This document shows, piece by piece, positions 62,897-64,000 of a stretch of DNA of 64,000 nt. The position numbers and the translations under genes were made by a program. Each line of letters begins with the position of its first letter. The stretch's first letter is position 1. The notes below the pieces were generated by a model. It ran no database searches. It had not been told where the DNA came from and saw only the letters and a program-made list of their open reading frames with translations. The stretch is from the human T2T-CHM13v2.0 reference genome, Homo sapiens: assembly GCF_009914755.1 (NCBI RefSeq), contig NC_060945.1; one strand, given 5' to 3'.

Positions 62897-64000
62897 GGTT
62901 TATATTCATAAAGCTCTTAGAAGATCACCTGGATGATAACTCAAAATAAGTGATTATATATACACATCAATCTATCCACCTATCCATCTATGTTTGCCAA
63001 GTAATAGAAATGCAAAAGACATTTAATGATGAAACCAATCAAGATTATATTCTTTATTATATGAAGGCCATTTGCAGAGAGGAAAGAATCAAGGTTAACA
63101 AAAAATTGTAACACAGAGTGCCTGGGAGAATGTTCATTAACTGAGATAGGGAAGAAACAACAGTTTTTAGAAAAGATTAAGACTTACTTTGAAGATGATA
63201 GCTTGTCTATAAAAAACACATATCAAGTGTTCAAAAGCTTGTTGAAAATGGAGACATAATATACAGGATGGAAGGAGCTCATGGTCAGAAGAATAGATCT
63301 TGGGATTTTTGCTTATAATTAAAGTATTTTGTTGTTGTTTTTTTGTTTTGTTTGAGATGGGGCCTCGCTCCATCACCCAGGCTGGAGTGCAGTGGAACCA
63401 TCAGGGCTCACTATAGCCTCAATTTCCCAGGCTTAACTGATTCTTTCATCTCAGCCTCCCCAGTAGCTGAGACTATGTGTGCACCACCACACCCAGCTAA
63501 CTGTTTTTTTGTTTGTTTGTTTGTTTGTTTGTTTGTTTTGGTAGAGATAATGGCTCCCTATGTTGCATAAGCTAGTCTCAAACTCCTGGGCTCAAGTGAT
63601 CCTCCCACCTTGGCCTTTCAAAGTTCTGGGATTACAGGTGTGGGCCGCTATGCTCAGCCTGGTTAGTTGAAGTTTTGGATCAGACTATCAAGAATAGAAA
63701 GAAAGCAGGTTAGAGAAAATGTTCAAGGGCAGACCCTTAGAGCTATGCTTCTCAAGCTTTACATGTACATGAATCATCTGAGCAGGTACTTAAAATTCAG
63801 ATCCTGGGATTCTGATTCAGCAGGTTCTTAGAAGGGGCCTGAGATGCCATATTTCTGACAAGCTTGCAGATCACTGCCATATTGTTAGTCCATGGCCACA
63901 GAGCAGCAAGTCCCTCCAACCTGGTGTACTGAGGCATGACTAGAAAATTCAGGGCCAGGGTGGAGTAGGAGTAAATGGAACTTGAGAATGCAATATAATT

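Overview
Human (primate) genomic DNA that is AT-rich and repeat-dense. I recognise it from the translated exons as the CXADR 3' end / BTG3 locus (chr21q21.1). The complete BTG3 gene lies on the minus strand. It has a non-coding exon 1 in a CpG island (~33715-33920) and coding exons 29988-30160, 25876-26013, 19632-19839 and 15113-15352, which splice at GT-AG junctions into a 252-aa BTG/Tob protein. A 132-nt in-frame Alu-derived cassette exon (25161-25292) would give 296 aa. On the plus strand, the short alternative last exon of CXADR (CAR-Ex8, FKYPYKTDGITVV*) sits at 14172-14213, converging tail-to-tail on the BTG3 3' UTR. Regulatory signals include a 19/20 p53 response element in BTG3 intron 2, a full CRE with plus-strand splice signals compatible with the antisense lncRNA BTG3-AS1/ASBEL, a four-tetrad G4 motif, and miRNA seed sites. 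The remainder is repeats: about 35 Alus, a 5'-truncated L1PA, old L1/L2/MIR, a near-complete Tigger1, a two-LTR MST provirus, solo LTRs and a 31-nt tailless U6 retrocopy. I found no convincing wholly new gene system. The most interesting leads are the possible CXADR-Ex8/BTG3 3' overlap across the miRNA sites, the frame-rescuing deletion in the Alu exon, a candidate poison exon, a pre-miRNA-like intronic hairpin, and several footprints of unusual insertion or repair mechanisms. Repeat boundaries are read by eye and approximate.
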